The position numbers and the translations under genes are program-made. From Armatimonadia bacterium (lineage in GTDB: Bacteria > Armatimonadota > Zipacnadia > Zipacnadales > UBA11051), in contig JBDKRC010000149.1 in NCBI GenBank assembly GCA_039683575.1, positions 1-61,319 on the forward strand: a stretch of 61,319 bases of DNA, given 5' to 3'. Every line of letters starts with the position of its first letter. The first letter of the stretch is position 1. Under the pieces are notes generated by a model. That model saw only the letters and a list, made by a program, of their open reading frames with translations, did not search any database and was not told the origin of the DNA. Below, piece by piece: positions 1 through 8,639 of the stretch.

Positions 1-410
1 AGTACTTCGGATCAAGCCGTATCGCCTCGCTGTAGTCCTGGATGGCTTGGTCGCACTCACCCTTGTCAAAATGCGCGTTACCTCGGTTGTTATAGGCTTT
101 GGAGTACTTCGGATCAAGCCGTATCGCCTCGCTGTAGTCCTGGATGGCTTGGTCGTACTCCCCCTTGTGAGAGTACACGATGCCCCGGTTGTTGTAGGGT
201 ATAGAGCACTTCGGATCAAGCCGTATCGCCTCGCTATAGTCCTGGATGGCTTGGTCGTACTCGCGCTTGCCATGGTACGCGTTGCCCCGGTTGTAGTAGG
301 CTATAGAGTACTTCGGATCAAGCCGTATCGCCTCGCTGTAGTCCTGGATGGCCAGATCATGGTTGCCCTTGTCGCTGTAGATGACTCCACGGTTGTAGTA
401 GCCAACGGCG
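1..410. repeat. 102-bp tandem repeats encoding 34-aa TPR units (at least 4 copies)
   Basis: The block 'agtacttcggatcaagccgtatcgcctcgctgtagtcctggatggc' recurs near-identically at 1, 103, 205 and 307. Confidence 0.95.
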
Positions 411-1612
411 GATTCGGGGAAGAGCAGCAAGCTGTGGCTGAGGGCGTCGAGGGCGCCGTCAAGATCTTTCGTCTCATAGAGACAACAACCCAGCCCGAAC
501 CACGCGTCGGCGTCCTGTTTGCCCAAGTCCATGGCGGCGCGGTACTTGGGGATGGCTTCGCTGTACTGCTTCTGGAATCTGAGGCGCTCGGCAGTCTCGT
601 ATCTGGCGGTTGCAAGCGTTCCCTGGGCCAGTTCCTCATCCTCTGTCGTCGCCCGCGTATACGCTTCCTGCAGTTCGGCCACCTTCTTCTGAGCATCCGC
701 CCTGTTGGGGTTGGTCTCGTCCCACGCAGCGGCCTGCCAGCGCTTGATTGCGGCCCGATAGGCCTCGTTGCGGGTCTGCATCAGCGCCGGCAGCAGGTCT
801 GGAGAGGCCGCCTGCCAGGCGCTGCCGACAAGCGTGATAGCGTCTTCGTACTTTCCCTCCAGCAGTGCCCGCTGCGCCTCGCCGTACCGCTGGTACACCT
901 CCGGCTTCTCCTCGTGGTGGGTCAGGTCGAGCTGGGCGCTATCGCCCCCCAAAGCCTGGCACAGTTGCTGGGCCAGCTTACATTGCACTTCCTGGAGCCC
1001 TGCGACGGAGGCCTCGCCCTCGGCGGTCGCCCCGCTGTGGCTCAGGACCAGGCCGGTCTCCACGCTAACGACGCGTATCGTGGCGACCAACTGCCCGCCT
1101 TGCCCCCACGGCTTGTCCAGCAGCACATCGCCGGCGAGCAGGTGGCTGGCCCCCAGCAGGCGGTTGCTGCACATTGTCATGGTCATGGCCGCGCCTGAGG
1201 CCTCGCCGGCCCCGGCGGAGACGGTGCGCGTACTGGACTGGCCGCTGTCCAGTTCCGACAGATGCCGCATGGCCTCGGCCGCCTGGCTAAGCGCGGCTTC
1301 ATCGCGATAATCGAGGTCCACGGGTGGCAGGCCGCGCCGGCGCAGTATCTCGGCCACATCGGTGCGCTCCACCTGCCGCAGGCCGGTCTTGCTCTGGGTC
1401 AGCCGCGCGGCCAATTGCTCCGCCAGGACCACTCCGACCCACGGGCAGTCGGTCCCCCCGGGCGAGTAGGTCTCCAGGCCCACCACAGCAAGCGTTGCCG
1501 GGGTTGCAGCCAGCGCGGAGTGGGCGATTCCCAGGCCTAGAACCATCAGAAGCATTGTCTTTGCAGCGGTGTGGGTGTGCATTCGGGCCCCCTTTAGATA
1601 AAAGCGGTTCAT
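1..1612 (-). CDS. Secreted TPR-repeat protein with a probable N-terminal CsgG/TolB_N-like domain; runs off the left edge
   Basis: Absent from the ORF track because no stop falls in the window. Manual translation gives a signal-like MLLMVLGLGIAHSALA, then ...LRQVERTDVAEIL..., then canonical TPRs (AYYNRGNAY..K.EYDQAIQDYSEAIRLDPKY). In-frame ATGs lie at 1612 (ATGA overlap with the cyclase stop), 1582 and 1555. Confidence 0.85.
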   Translation of the reverse strand, partial: MNRFYLKGARMHTHTAAKTMLLMVLGLGIAHSALAATPATLAVVGLETYSPGGTDCPWVGVVLAEQLAARLTQSKTGLRQVERTDVAEILRRRGLPPVDLDYRDEAALSQAAEAMRHLSELDSGQSSTRTVSAGAGEASGAAMTMTMCSNRLLGASHLLAGDVLLDKPWGQGGQLVATIRVVSVETGLVLSHSGATAEGEASVAGLQEVQCKLAQQLCQALGGDSAQLDLTHHEEKPEVYQRYGEAQRALLEGKYEDAITLVGSAWQAASPDLLPALMQTRNEAYRAAIKRWQAAAWDETNPNRADAQKKVAELQEAYTRATTEDEELAQGTLATARYETAERLRFQKQYSEAIPKYRAAMDLGKQDADAWFGLGCCLYETKDLDGALDALSHSLLLFPESAVGYYNRGVIYSDKGNHDLAIQDYSEAIRLDPKYSIAYYNRGNAYHGKREYDQAIQDYSEAIRLDPKCSIPYNNRGIVYSHKGEYDQAIQDYSEAIRLDPKYSKAYNNRGNAHFDKGECDQAIQDYSEAIRLDPKY

Positions 1613-3429
1613 GGCGCGGCCTTAGCTGCGGAGTCCTTGGATGGGGCAACTGACGGCGGCGCCGGGAAGAACTCTTGATACGCCAGGTCCCCGCGCTGTC
1701 CCTGGCGCCATCTGCCGTCCCCGGACAGGGTAGCGGCGGCGCTTCCGGCAGCTTCGAGCAGTGACTGGGACACGATGATCTCAGTTCCGCTTTCGGCGGC
1801 GATCTCCTGCAGCGCAAAGCAGTCGCCAACGGTGCGCCCGAGCACAGTGTACTCGAGGCGGCGTGGAAGACCCACGAAACCCAGCCACGCCGGGCCGCAG
1901 TGTACCGCCACGGCAAAGTGCAACTCATGCCCCGTGCTCTCGCGCCACCGCGGCGCCAGATCGGCCAGGCTGTCACGCACTGCGAAGGCCGTCGCAAGGG
2001 CCTCTTGCGGGGCCTGCGGGTCCAGGTTCTCTGCCGCCGGCCAAAACGTGAGCAGGCCGTCGCCGAGGTACTTGTTGACGATGCCACCGTGAGCAAGCAC
2101 GACTGCGCAGACCCGGGCCAGCAGCTCATTGATCGCTGGGCCAAACTCTGCCGGGTTCATTTCCAGCGCCAACTGCGACGACGCCCGCAAGTCAAAGTCC
2201 AGTATGACCAGGTTCTCGATCTCCCCGGCTCCCGGTTCGGGCAGGAGCTGCCGGCCCAGGGCGTGGGCGACCGGCCTGCTGACCATGGCACCGAGCCAGT
2301 TCCGCAAACGACGCTCTTCGAGTTCGCGGCTGACAATGCTCGTCAGGGTGACTGCCAGCAGGGTGGGGAGGATGTTCAACACATAGCCCGTGGTGCTGAA
2401 GAAACGTAGGCTGAGGTAACCTCCCAGCAGCGTAACCGCCGCCAGGGACAGGAGATTGCCCCAGACGACCCCGAGCCAGATGACTGCCAGGCTCGCGAGC
2501 GCTGCCACCACAAATTCGACGGCCACGCCCTGCCCGTAGCTGCCCAGGCGTGGCGGGTGGTGACTGAGCAGGGTCGCGATGCACTCGGCCTGCACCTCCA
2601 TGCCGTACATCTGGTCGTCCTCGAGCCCGGGCACAGAAGGGAACCGGACAGGAACATACTTCACATCCTGACAGGCGGCATCCTCCCGGCCGATGATAAC
2701 GATGGTATTGGGGAGCCACTCCAGGGGGATCGTCGCCGGCGACCAGGAAGGGAACTGAGCGCGAGGCCAGAACCGGATCGGCATCGGCTCTTCCGGTGGC
2801 GGGGGGCCGACCGGCAGGCCGCAGGCCAGCCGGCGGCGGCGGTAACTCTCACAGGCCAGCAAGGACATGCTCTTCATCGGGGTCGTGCCGGCAGTTGACT
2901 GAGGGTAAAGCCAGCGGACTTCATGGCCCTCCGTGGTCGGATCAACGGCGCCCGCCAGACCAGGCGTGAAGCTGTCCTTGTCCGGCCTGCGTGGATCGTG
3001 GGCGATGATGACCGGCACGTCGCGACTCGCCGCCCAGGCGATGGCGGCGCGAAGCTGATCGTCATCTGCGGTTCTGCGTTCGGCCAGCAGCAGGTCCACG
3101 CAGATCGCGGCCGGTTTCATCTGGGCGACACGCCGAATGAGCGCCGCCAACTTGTCCCGGGGGAAGTATTCTGGAAGGCGGGGGCCTCCCCAGCGCGCGA
3201 AATCATCGGCGGTGACGGCGATCAGCTTGATATCGCTGGAGGCGCGCTCGGTTTGCGCCGAGAACAGAGCATCGCTCCAGACCAGTTCCCAGGTCGCAAG
3301 ATAACCTTTGTGCACCATCAGCACCACCAGGATACCTACGGCTGTGCCGATGCACACGTCCAGCACGAAGTGGCGCAGTTGGTGACTCCTATGGTTGCGG
3401 GCATTGTGTGGAATGCGGATCGTGCTCAA
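1609..3429 (-). CDS. CHASE2-domain, membrane-bound class III adenylate/guanylate cyclase-like protein (catalytically degenerate)
   Basis: CHASE2 motifs (FPRDKLAALI, AAICVDLLL, MYGMEVQA), three TM helices, and cyclase motifs DFDLRAS, VNKYLGDG, EYTVLG. TTG start is preceded by AGGAGA. Confidence 0.9.
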   Translation of the reverse strand: MSTIRIPHNARNHRSHQLRHFVLDVCIGTAVGILVVLMVHKGYLATWELVWSDALFSAQTERASSDIKLIAVTADDFARWGGPRLPEYFPRDKLAALIRRVAQMKPAAICVDLLLAERRTADDDQLRAAIAWAASRDVPVIIAHDPRRPDKDSFTPGLAGAVDPTTEGHEVRWLYPQSTAGTTPMKSMSLLACESYRRRRLACGLPVGPPPPEEPMPIRFWPRAQFPSWSPATIPLEWLPNTIVIIGREDAACQDVKYVPVRFPSVPGLEDDQMYGMEVQAECIATLLSHHPPRLGSYGQGVAVEFVVAALASLAVIWLGVVWGNLLSLAAVTLLGGYLSLRFFSTTGYVLNILPTLLAVTLTSIVSRELEERRLRNWLGAMVSRPVAHALGRQLLPEPGAGEIENLVILDFDLRASSQLALEMNPAEFGPAINELLARVCAVVLAHGGIVNKYLGDGLLTFWPAAENLDPQAPQEALATAFAVRDSLADLAPRWRESTGHELHFAVAVHCGPAWLGFVGLPRRLEYTVLGRTVGDCFALQEIAAESGTEIIVSQSLLEAAGSAAATLSGDGRWRQGQRGDLAYQEFFPAPPSVAPSKDSAAKAAP

Positions 3430-3859
3430 GTGTTTCTCCTAATTCGATAGGGCGGCAGCCACGCAGGCGACGTGCGGTCGGCTGAATTGACACGTGTTCG
3501 CCACGAGCGAGCCGTCTCCTGCCCCGGCACCCCAGGTGCCGGATGACGAATGCGACTTGTCGGATATTTTGGCTCATGGAAGCTAGTTCCTTCTCACCGG
3601 AAAAGGCCTTCAACCTCTATCGGAACATGGCGAAATTCACGTCCAAATCTGGCGTTTCGGCATGCGTATTTGCTCAGTTTCATCGGAAATGGCTTCTCGA
3701 GCAGGAGCCTCGCGCCGACTGGGGAAGCTTCGTCTTTTGGGGGGGGAATCTCCGCAGCGCCGCCGTGCGGGCCGCAGAGGCCACTCTCGCCTATTCAATG
3801 AATCCGTTGAATAGTGCCTTTTTGGGGCCTGTAGGACGCCGGAGAAGAGTGAAACAGTA

Positions 3860-4140
3860 GCAAAATGGCTTCAGAGGCCCGTAGAGGGCATTGTTAGCCG
3901 TTTTTGCCTTTTCGTCGAGGGCGAGCTGATCAAGTTCTGACTCTGAGAGACGGGCAGGTGTGGCGATAACATACCAACGATAGCGACATGAGTGACAGCC
4001 ACTTTTGAACAGCGCGGCGGATTGTATACAATGTGGTGTCCACGCCCTTGTTGTTGCATCGTGTTGGAGTTATCGCCATGTTTCGTCAGCACTCGTTCCG
4101 ATGACGGCAACCACCATCGTCTTATATAGAAACGATCAAG
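3860..4140 (+). other. Structured non-coding segment: long imperfect hairpin (core 3956-4083) plus flanking hairpins
   Basis: TGGCGATAAC (3961-3970) is the exact reverse complement of GTTATCGCCA (4069-4078), with colinear inner and outer helices rich in G-T pairs. Confidence 0.55.
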
Positions 4141-4328
4141 TTTGCGCGTATAGAACGTGAGGCGAAACATAGCATTTGGTGCAGGGACCGCGCGGGATGC
4201 GGAGGGGCGGGAGTCCCCGGGGGATGGCGGGTTGCGTGGTTCAGAGGAGGTAGGCGGAGGGCGGCACTCCGAGGGAGGCGAGAGGGGGCCATCGCCGAGG
4301 CAACGGCCGAGACCAGGCCATCTGCGAG

Positions 4329-7300
4329 TTACTCGCCCTGGATCATGCCAATGATCTCGTCGGCCATCGGATCCCCCAGTTCTTTGGCCTTCCGGGCCTC
4401 CTTGAGCGCCTCATCTTTCCTGCCCTCCATCAGCAGCGCCAAGGCCAGGTAGTGGCGCGGCATTGGGTCGCGCGGGTCTACTCGGATCCCCACCCGGATT
4501 GCCTTCGCCGCCTCCGCGTACTGCGCGTCATCCATGTAGTTTTTGCCGAGACCTACCCACGCCCCCACGTTGTTCGGGTCAAGCTGAAGGGCCTTCGCCC
4601 AGAGGCCTTCGGCTTTCGCGAACTCGCCGATGGCGCCTTGCGCCTGCGCTTCCTCGCTCACCTGGACGGACTGTCGTGAGGCGTCTGCTGAGACAGAGCC
4701 TTTGCCGACCCTGGCAGAGAGCTTGTCGACATCGGCCTTCGGGAAGACGGGGATTAGATCCAGGTCGGTCTGCACCGGCGGCTTCGGCTGGCCCGTAGTA
4801 GAACCAGCCGGCGTTGCGCCCCCAACCGGTGGTTTGTGCGCGGACGGTGGGCGCCCGCCCCCGGTTCCGTCGGTGAGGTTTCCACTCCCCGTCGTCGTGG
4901 GGCGTGAGGGGGCAGTGAAGCGCTCTTCGCAGAAGGCGGCTATGACCGGGGCGACATCGGTAATGCGCGGGCGTGCGGGATTGGCGACCGCCCTCTGGAG
5001 CACCTGAATCAGCTGACTTGGGTCCCCACACTTCGGCTGGGCCACCATGAAGGACATGTGCATGTCATCCATGCTCATGCTGCCATGCTGGCTCGCATAG
5101 TTGCCGCCCGTCGTGTGATAGTACTGTTCGCCTTCCACCCGCTGCTTCGCCGGTGGCGGGTAGTGCGGAAGCACCAGGATGTCCCCGCTGCGCATGCAGC
5201 TCAAGTCATCAAAGCGCTTGGCGAGAAAGGCGATGTCTTCCGGAGTATTCTGCCATCCCAGCCGCACCCCGAAGGCATTGCCGGTCCGCCCCAGATATGA
5301 CTCCGGGTTCTCGAGTTGTGGTACTCCCGAGCCTTGGATCGGGACAACCACCGAATAGCGACCATTCCACCCATCGCGTTCGGTGTTCCGAACAAGCACG
5401 AGGTCGAAGTGGGGGTTGGGACCGATCTCCTTCGGTGGAAACTGAATCAGGTTCGCCTTCGCGATCTGGTTGGCCGTGTCAAGCACCCGTGCAAAGGGTG
5501 GCGGCTCAGCCCACCGCCTGCCGCAATTCGGATCCTCTTTTGCGCTCACGGCATTCACATATACGTGCGCCAGGCCGCCATTCAGGCGCACCACCACGTC
5601 GGACTTGTCGATGTCTTTGTCCTTGTCCCACATCGCGTATTCAGGCCCCAGAAACCACCGCCACTGCTCCCAGCCAATGTCACGAGCGTTCCTCGTGTCC
5701 GTGTGTCCGTGATCGCTCGCGAGCATGAAAATGGTACCGGGATAGTCATCGAAGAAATCCAGCACCGGCTTCAGCAAAGAATCGATACGGTCGCGGTACT
5801 CCGCCAACTGCTTGAGGTAGATGTCCTGGTCCACCTTGTGGCTGTAATGGTCCACGCCCGGCAGGTAGACCCAGATGATGGACGGCCACTGTTCTGCCCG
5901 CACCGGCTTCTCACCCGTTGGGTGCAGTAGCCGGAGTCGCTTCATGAGCTCTTCCTGCGCGTTCCGGTCATACCAGTGCGTGGTCATGGCCGGCAGGAAG
6001 GTAATCTGGTCAATCACGTCCCCCCGTATCCAGTCCTTGTCGGGCACACCCGCCGCGTACTGGTGGAAGATCGACAGCACCGGAAAGAGCATGTTCCGGC
6101 GTCGTATTTCCTCATAGATGGTCGGTGCTGTCAGCAGTTTGCTCGCCAAGCCCTCCTGGTAGACAGCGGACGCATCAGCTGCGAACACCACTCCGCCCTC
6201 TGACCCATCAAGGCCGTAGTTGCGCGCGCTTGAGCGGTCAAAGAAGGCGTTGCCCACGATGCCATGGATGCCTGGCTCCACGCCCGTGACGAATGAGGCC
6301 TGGGCAGGAAAAGTGTAGGACGGGAAGGTGGTGATCGCCTTGTCGAGCAGCACCCCGTTCTGAAACCCCGTCATGGCCAGCCCGCCGCCTGTCCGGTTCC
6401 CCGTGCGCTTGCCCAGCAGCCGCACCAGGTTGGTCGCCGTCCCCACGGGGTCGGTGCCCTCCACCAGGTGCGCCAGCACATCCGCCCGCAATCCATCCAC
6501 ATCCAGCACCACCACCAGCGGGTGTACTGCGAACCTGCCAATGCTCTTGACGCCATCTTTGTCCGTTACAGTGATGTCACGTTCACCCAAAGGCGCGTTC
6601 GCCGCGACCTTCAGATAGCAGTGCAGTCCATACACCCGCCCCAGGGGCCGGCTCGTGTCCGGCTCGTTGATCTGGTCAGCAGAGCGATACTGTTCGATCC
6701 CGGGCCCGAAGTCCGCTCGCCCCTCCCTGATTGGCGAGTCGCCAAGCAGTTCCATCTCGAGCTTTGTTGCGGGCCCGGCCCAATGCGGCTGCGCTTCCAG
6801 CTTCTGGGCCTTCGGCTCACAGATCCCCTTTTCCGCAAACAGGCTGTGGATTTTGGGCGCCATGGCTCTCACTTCGTTCAAAGCCCTCGCCGCGTAGGCG
6901 TCCGACCCACCGAAGCCCGCGCTACCGCCGCCGGCCCGCCAGGTAAGCTTCAGCCAGACGTAACCGCAGCGCCAGGTGGCGGTAGAACCGGAGTCGTAGT
7001 ACGTGTATCCGGCATCGTCCTTCGTCCTCATAAACTCGGCCATGGGACCGTGAGCACCGAGGTTCTTGATCCAGCGGTCAAACTCCGCCTTCTCGGCAGT
7101 GGCGCTGGTGCCTACCTCCACCTGCGTCAGAATGAACTTGGTCTCACCAGCCGCCAGATCCTCTCTGGGACTGTCAGTCCACCAGTCGATGTGGTCGGCG
7201 TGTTGGTAGCGCACGGGCGCTGTGGTCGGCATACCCAGAGTGGCGAGGGCCGCCCGCGCACGTTCGCACACATCCCTGGCCTCGTTCTCGGTTAGATCGG

Positions 7301-7391
7301 CGCGGACGGGGAGACAGCACACCAGGAGCATGATAGGCAGGAGGCACAAGAGCACACTGGGGAAGCGACAGGAGAAGCTGATTTGAGGCAC
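4329..7391 (-). CDS. Secreted nucleotide pyrophosphatase/type I phosphodiesterase (alkaline phosphatase superfamily) with C-terminal TPR
   Basis: Motifs VVLDVDGLR, TFPSYTFP (Thr nucleophile), TG..P..HGIVGN, DHYSH, SDHGH and QHG, then a Pro/Thr linker and TPRs. Likely GTG start at 7391 after GAGGAG with a signal peptide; the track's 7817 start is an artefactual extension. Confidence 0.85.
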   Translation of the reverse strand: MPQISFSCRFPSVLLCLLPIMLLVCCLPVRADLTENEARDVCERARAALATLGMPTTAPVRYQHADHIDWWTDSPREDLAAGETKFILTQVEVGTSATAEKAEFDRWIKNLGAHGPMAEFMRTKDDAGYTYYDSGSTATWRCGYVWLKLTWRAGGGSAGFGGSDAYAARALNEVRAMAPKIHSLFAEKGICEPKAQKLEAQPHWAGPATKLEMELLGDSPIREGRADFGPGIEQYRSADQINEPDTSRPLGRVYGLHCYLKVAANAPLGERDITVTDKDGVKSIGRFAVHPLVVVLDVDGLRADVLAHLVEGTDPVGTATNLVRLLGKRTGNRTGGGLAMTGFQNGVLLDKAITTFPSYTFPAQASFVTGVEPGIHGIVGNAFFDRSSARNYGLDGSEGGVVFAADASAVYQEGLASKLLTAPTIYEEIRRRNMLFPVLSIFHQYAAGVPDKDWIRGDVIDQITFLPAMTTHWYDRNAQEELMKRLRLLHPTGEKPVRAEQWPSIIWVYLPGVDHYSHKVDQDIYLKQLAEYRDRIDSLLKPVLDFFDDYPGTIFMLASDHGHTDTRNARDIGWEQWRWFLGPEYAMWDKDKDIDKSDVVVRLNGGLAHVYVNAVSAKEDPNCGRRWAEPPPFARVLDTANQIAKANLIQFPPKEIGPNPHFDLVLVRNTERDGWNGRYSVVVPIQGSGVPQLENPESYLGRTGNAFGVRLGWQNTPEDIAFLAKRFDDLSCMRSGDILVLPHYPPPAKQRVEGEQYYHTTGGNYASQHGSMSMDDMHMSFMVAQPKCGDPSQLIQVLQRAVANPARPRITDVAPVIAAFCEERFTAPSRPTTTGSGNLTDGTGGGRPPSAHKPPVGGATPAGSTTGQPKPPVQTDLDLIPVFPKADVDKLSARVGKGSVSADASRQSVQVSEEAQAQGAIGEFAKAEGLWAKALQLDPNNVGAWVGLGKNYMDDAQYAEAAKAIRVGIRVDPRDPMPRHYLALALLMEGRKDEALKEARKAKELGDPMADEIIGMIQGE

Positions 7392-7452
7392 GGGCGGCAC
7401 ACTCCTCGGCAGGCAATGGAGCAGCGACTCGGGCTGCGGCTGACTACGTGTT

Positions 7453-7689
7453 TCACCAAGTACAAGTGACGTTTCCAGGGGGATACGAGTTGGGCGAAGC
7501 GAAGCGTGGTCTGACGGTAACGTCACCTCGCGCGGCCACCGCGAAGCGCACAAACGGCTCCAGCGCGTACTGGTACCATTGCAGCGTCGTAGGCGTGGAT
7601 TGGCGCAGACGGCACTCACAGGGGAACTCGGAAACGGCGACCGGAAGGGGGAGCGGAATGGCGCTTTGGGGAGTGAGGGCGAGGGGCAT
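7453..7689 (-). pseudogene. Truncated tyrosine recombinase relic (N-terminal fragment only)
   Basis: LPVAVSEFPCECRLRQSTPTTLQWYQYALEPFVRF aligns by eye with LSPALDDFLADAQLRGLSPKTVEWYRYALGPFLQW (16485-17453) and DDFLQDLSIRQYSPYTINWYRSILSPFVRF (15086-16126). No catalytic domain follows. Confidence 0.8.
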
Positions 7690-7720
7690 TGCAGGCCACT
7701 CCAACGCCCCGAAGGTTCCG

Positions 7721-7736
7721 AACCTTGCGAACCTAA
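7721..7736 (+). promoter_or_regulatory. Accessory att-associated motif, copy 1 (AACCTTGCGAACCTAA)
   Basis: Identical to 7959-7974 and one mismatch to 17487-17502; ends 92 bp left of the att repeat. Confidence 0.65.
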
Positions 7737-7784
7737 CGGCCATTTGGGCCATTGTCGGGAGGGTAACCCAGAAGCCAGAACCAA

Positions 7785-7818
7785 AGAAAATGGCTCTGCA
7801 GAAGTCTGCAGGGCCATT
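7785..7818 (-). terminator. Intrinsic terminator-like hairpin downstream of the tRNA 3' duplicate
   Basis: AATGGCTCTGCAG/CTGCAGGGCCATT stem followed by a T-rich run on the minus strand; similar to the hairpin at 17553-17586. Confidence 0.7.
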
Positions 7819-7827
7819 CAGAGTACT

Positions 7828-7873
7828 TTGGTAGCGCGGAGAGGATTCGAACCTCTGACCTCAAGGTTATGAG
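7828..7873 (-). repeat. att direct repeat (3' half of tRNA-Met, anticodon loop to CCA)
   Basis: 46 bp identical to 17596-17641, extending to 53 bp with one mismatch (7874 g vs 17642 c). Confidence 0.97.
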
Positions 7874-7958
7874 GCTTGCGCACCATCGAAAGGGCAGAAT
7901 GCCGCTAATGGGGCGCTGTGGGGCAGCAAGCGCCTTTGGGCCTGAGAATAATCAGGCA

Positions 7959-7974
7959 AACCTTGCGAACCTAA
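7959..7974 (+). promoter_or_regulatory. Accessory att-associated motif, copy 2 (AACCTTGCGAACCTAA)
   Basis: Starts about 85 bp inside the element's left att repeat; identical to 7721-7736. Confidence 0.65.
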
Positions 7975-8113
7975 TTCTCCGCAAACTGGGGTCTCACCTT
8001 CTTCATCGAATGATAAGGCCAAAGGAGAATAGGCAGGCAAAAGCGAATATCACATCCAGCGACCATCTTCTGCCGTGGTAATCGCGTCCGTGGCACCGAG
8101 GGGGAATGAGCGT

Positions 8114-8587
8114 ATGCCCTCGAAAGCAAAGCTGGGGATACCGCTGCCGTTAGGTTGTCCCTGCGTCTGGTTTCCCCTTCTTCTCATCACTGTCTTCGTC
8201 GTCGTTGGGATACACTCGCTTCTCTCCCCGTATTCCCGTAAGGCCGAGCGCTGCGCTCGTGATTACCTGGAGTATCTGCAACACCCGAATGAGCCGCGCC
8301 GGGATGTTGCTATCAGCGCCGTTGACAAAGCGGGGCGGAACCATTGGAAGGTACGTGGGACAGACTGCCCTGGCCTTCCCCAATACATGGAATGGCGGGA
8401 CTACCTTGAGGCCAAGCGTGTACTGACCAAGGAGTTCACCATTGAGGTCTATCGTATCCCACAAGGGCAATCTTTCTACGTGCGAGACTCTTCTCGGCGA
8501 GGCCACCACCGCGAACGCGGACCTGCCTGGATGGTTTCTTTCCCTTCCCAACGGGGTCCAGTTTGTAAGGATCAGGTCTTCCAGTAA
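8114..8587 (+). CDS. Hypothetical membrane-anchored protein (element cargo)
   Basis: ORF with one N-terminal hydrophobic helix; ATG at 8114 follows GAGGGG. No recognisable family. Confidence 0.55.
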   Translation: MPSKAKLGIPLPLGCPCVWFPLLLITVFVVVGIHSLLSPYSRKAERCARDYLEYLQHPNEPRRDVAISAVDKAGRNHWKVRGTDCPGLPQYMEWRDYLEAKRVLTKEFTIEVYRIPQGQSFYVRDSSRRGHHRERGPAWMVSFPSQRGPVCKDQVFQ

Positions 8588-8639
8588 CAGCAAGCCCCTT
8601 GAACTCGCTCACGGCACGGACAGCGGACACAGCAAGCGA

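Noticed and set aside
1-410. Regular repeats with variable intervening sequence, resembling a CRISPR array
   Set aside because: The period is exactly 102 bp and in frame, encoding TPR units; the intervening segments are mutually homologous and there are no cas genes.
47-1198. 383-aa plus-strand ORF
   Set aside because: Antisense shadow of the minus-strand TPR gene.
3961-4078. Integron attC site (AAC...GTT ends, suitable length)
   Set aside because: The boxes do not fit RYYYAAC/GTTRRRY, pairing continues beyond them, there is no cassette array, and no IntI-type integrase is recognisable. Kept only as an alternative to test.
3871-4170. 99-aa minus-strand ORF
   Set aside because: No RBS, atypical composition, and it coincides with the hairpin region.
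7392-7817. N-terminal extension of the 1162-aa ORF
   Set aside because: It overlaps the integrase relic, accessory motif and terminator; the RBS and signal peptide point to a start near 7391.
7829-7880. Second tRNA-Met gene
   Set aside because: Only the 3' portion is present; the D-arm and 5' acceptor strand are missing.
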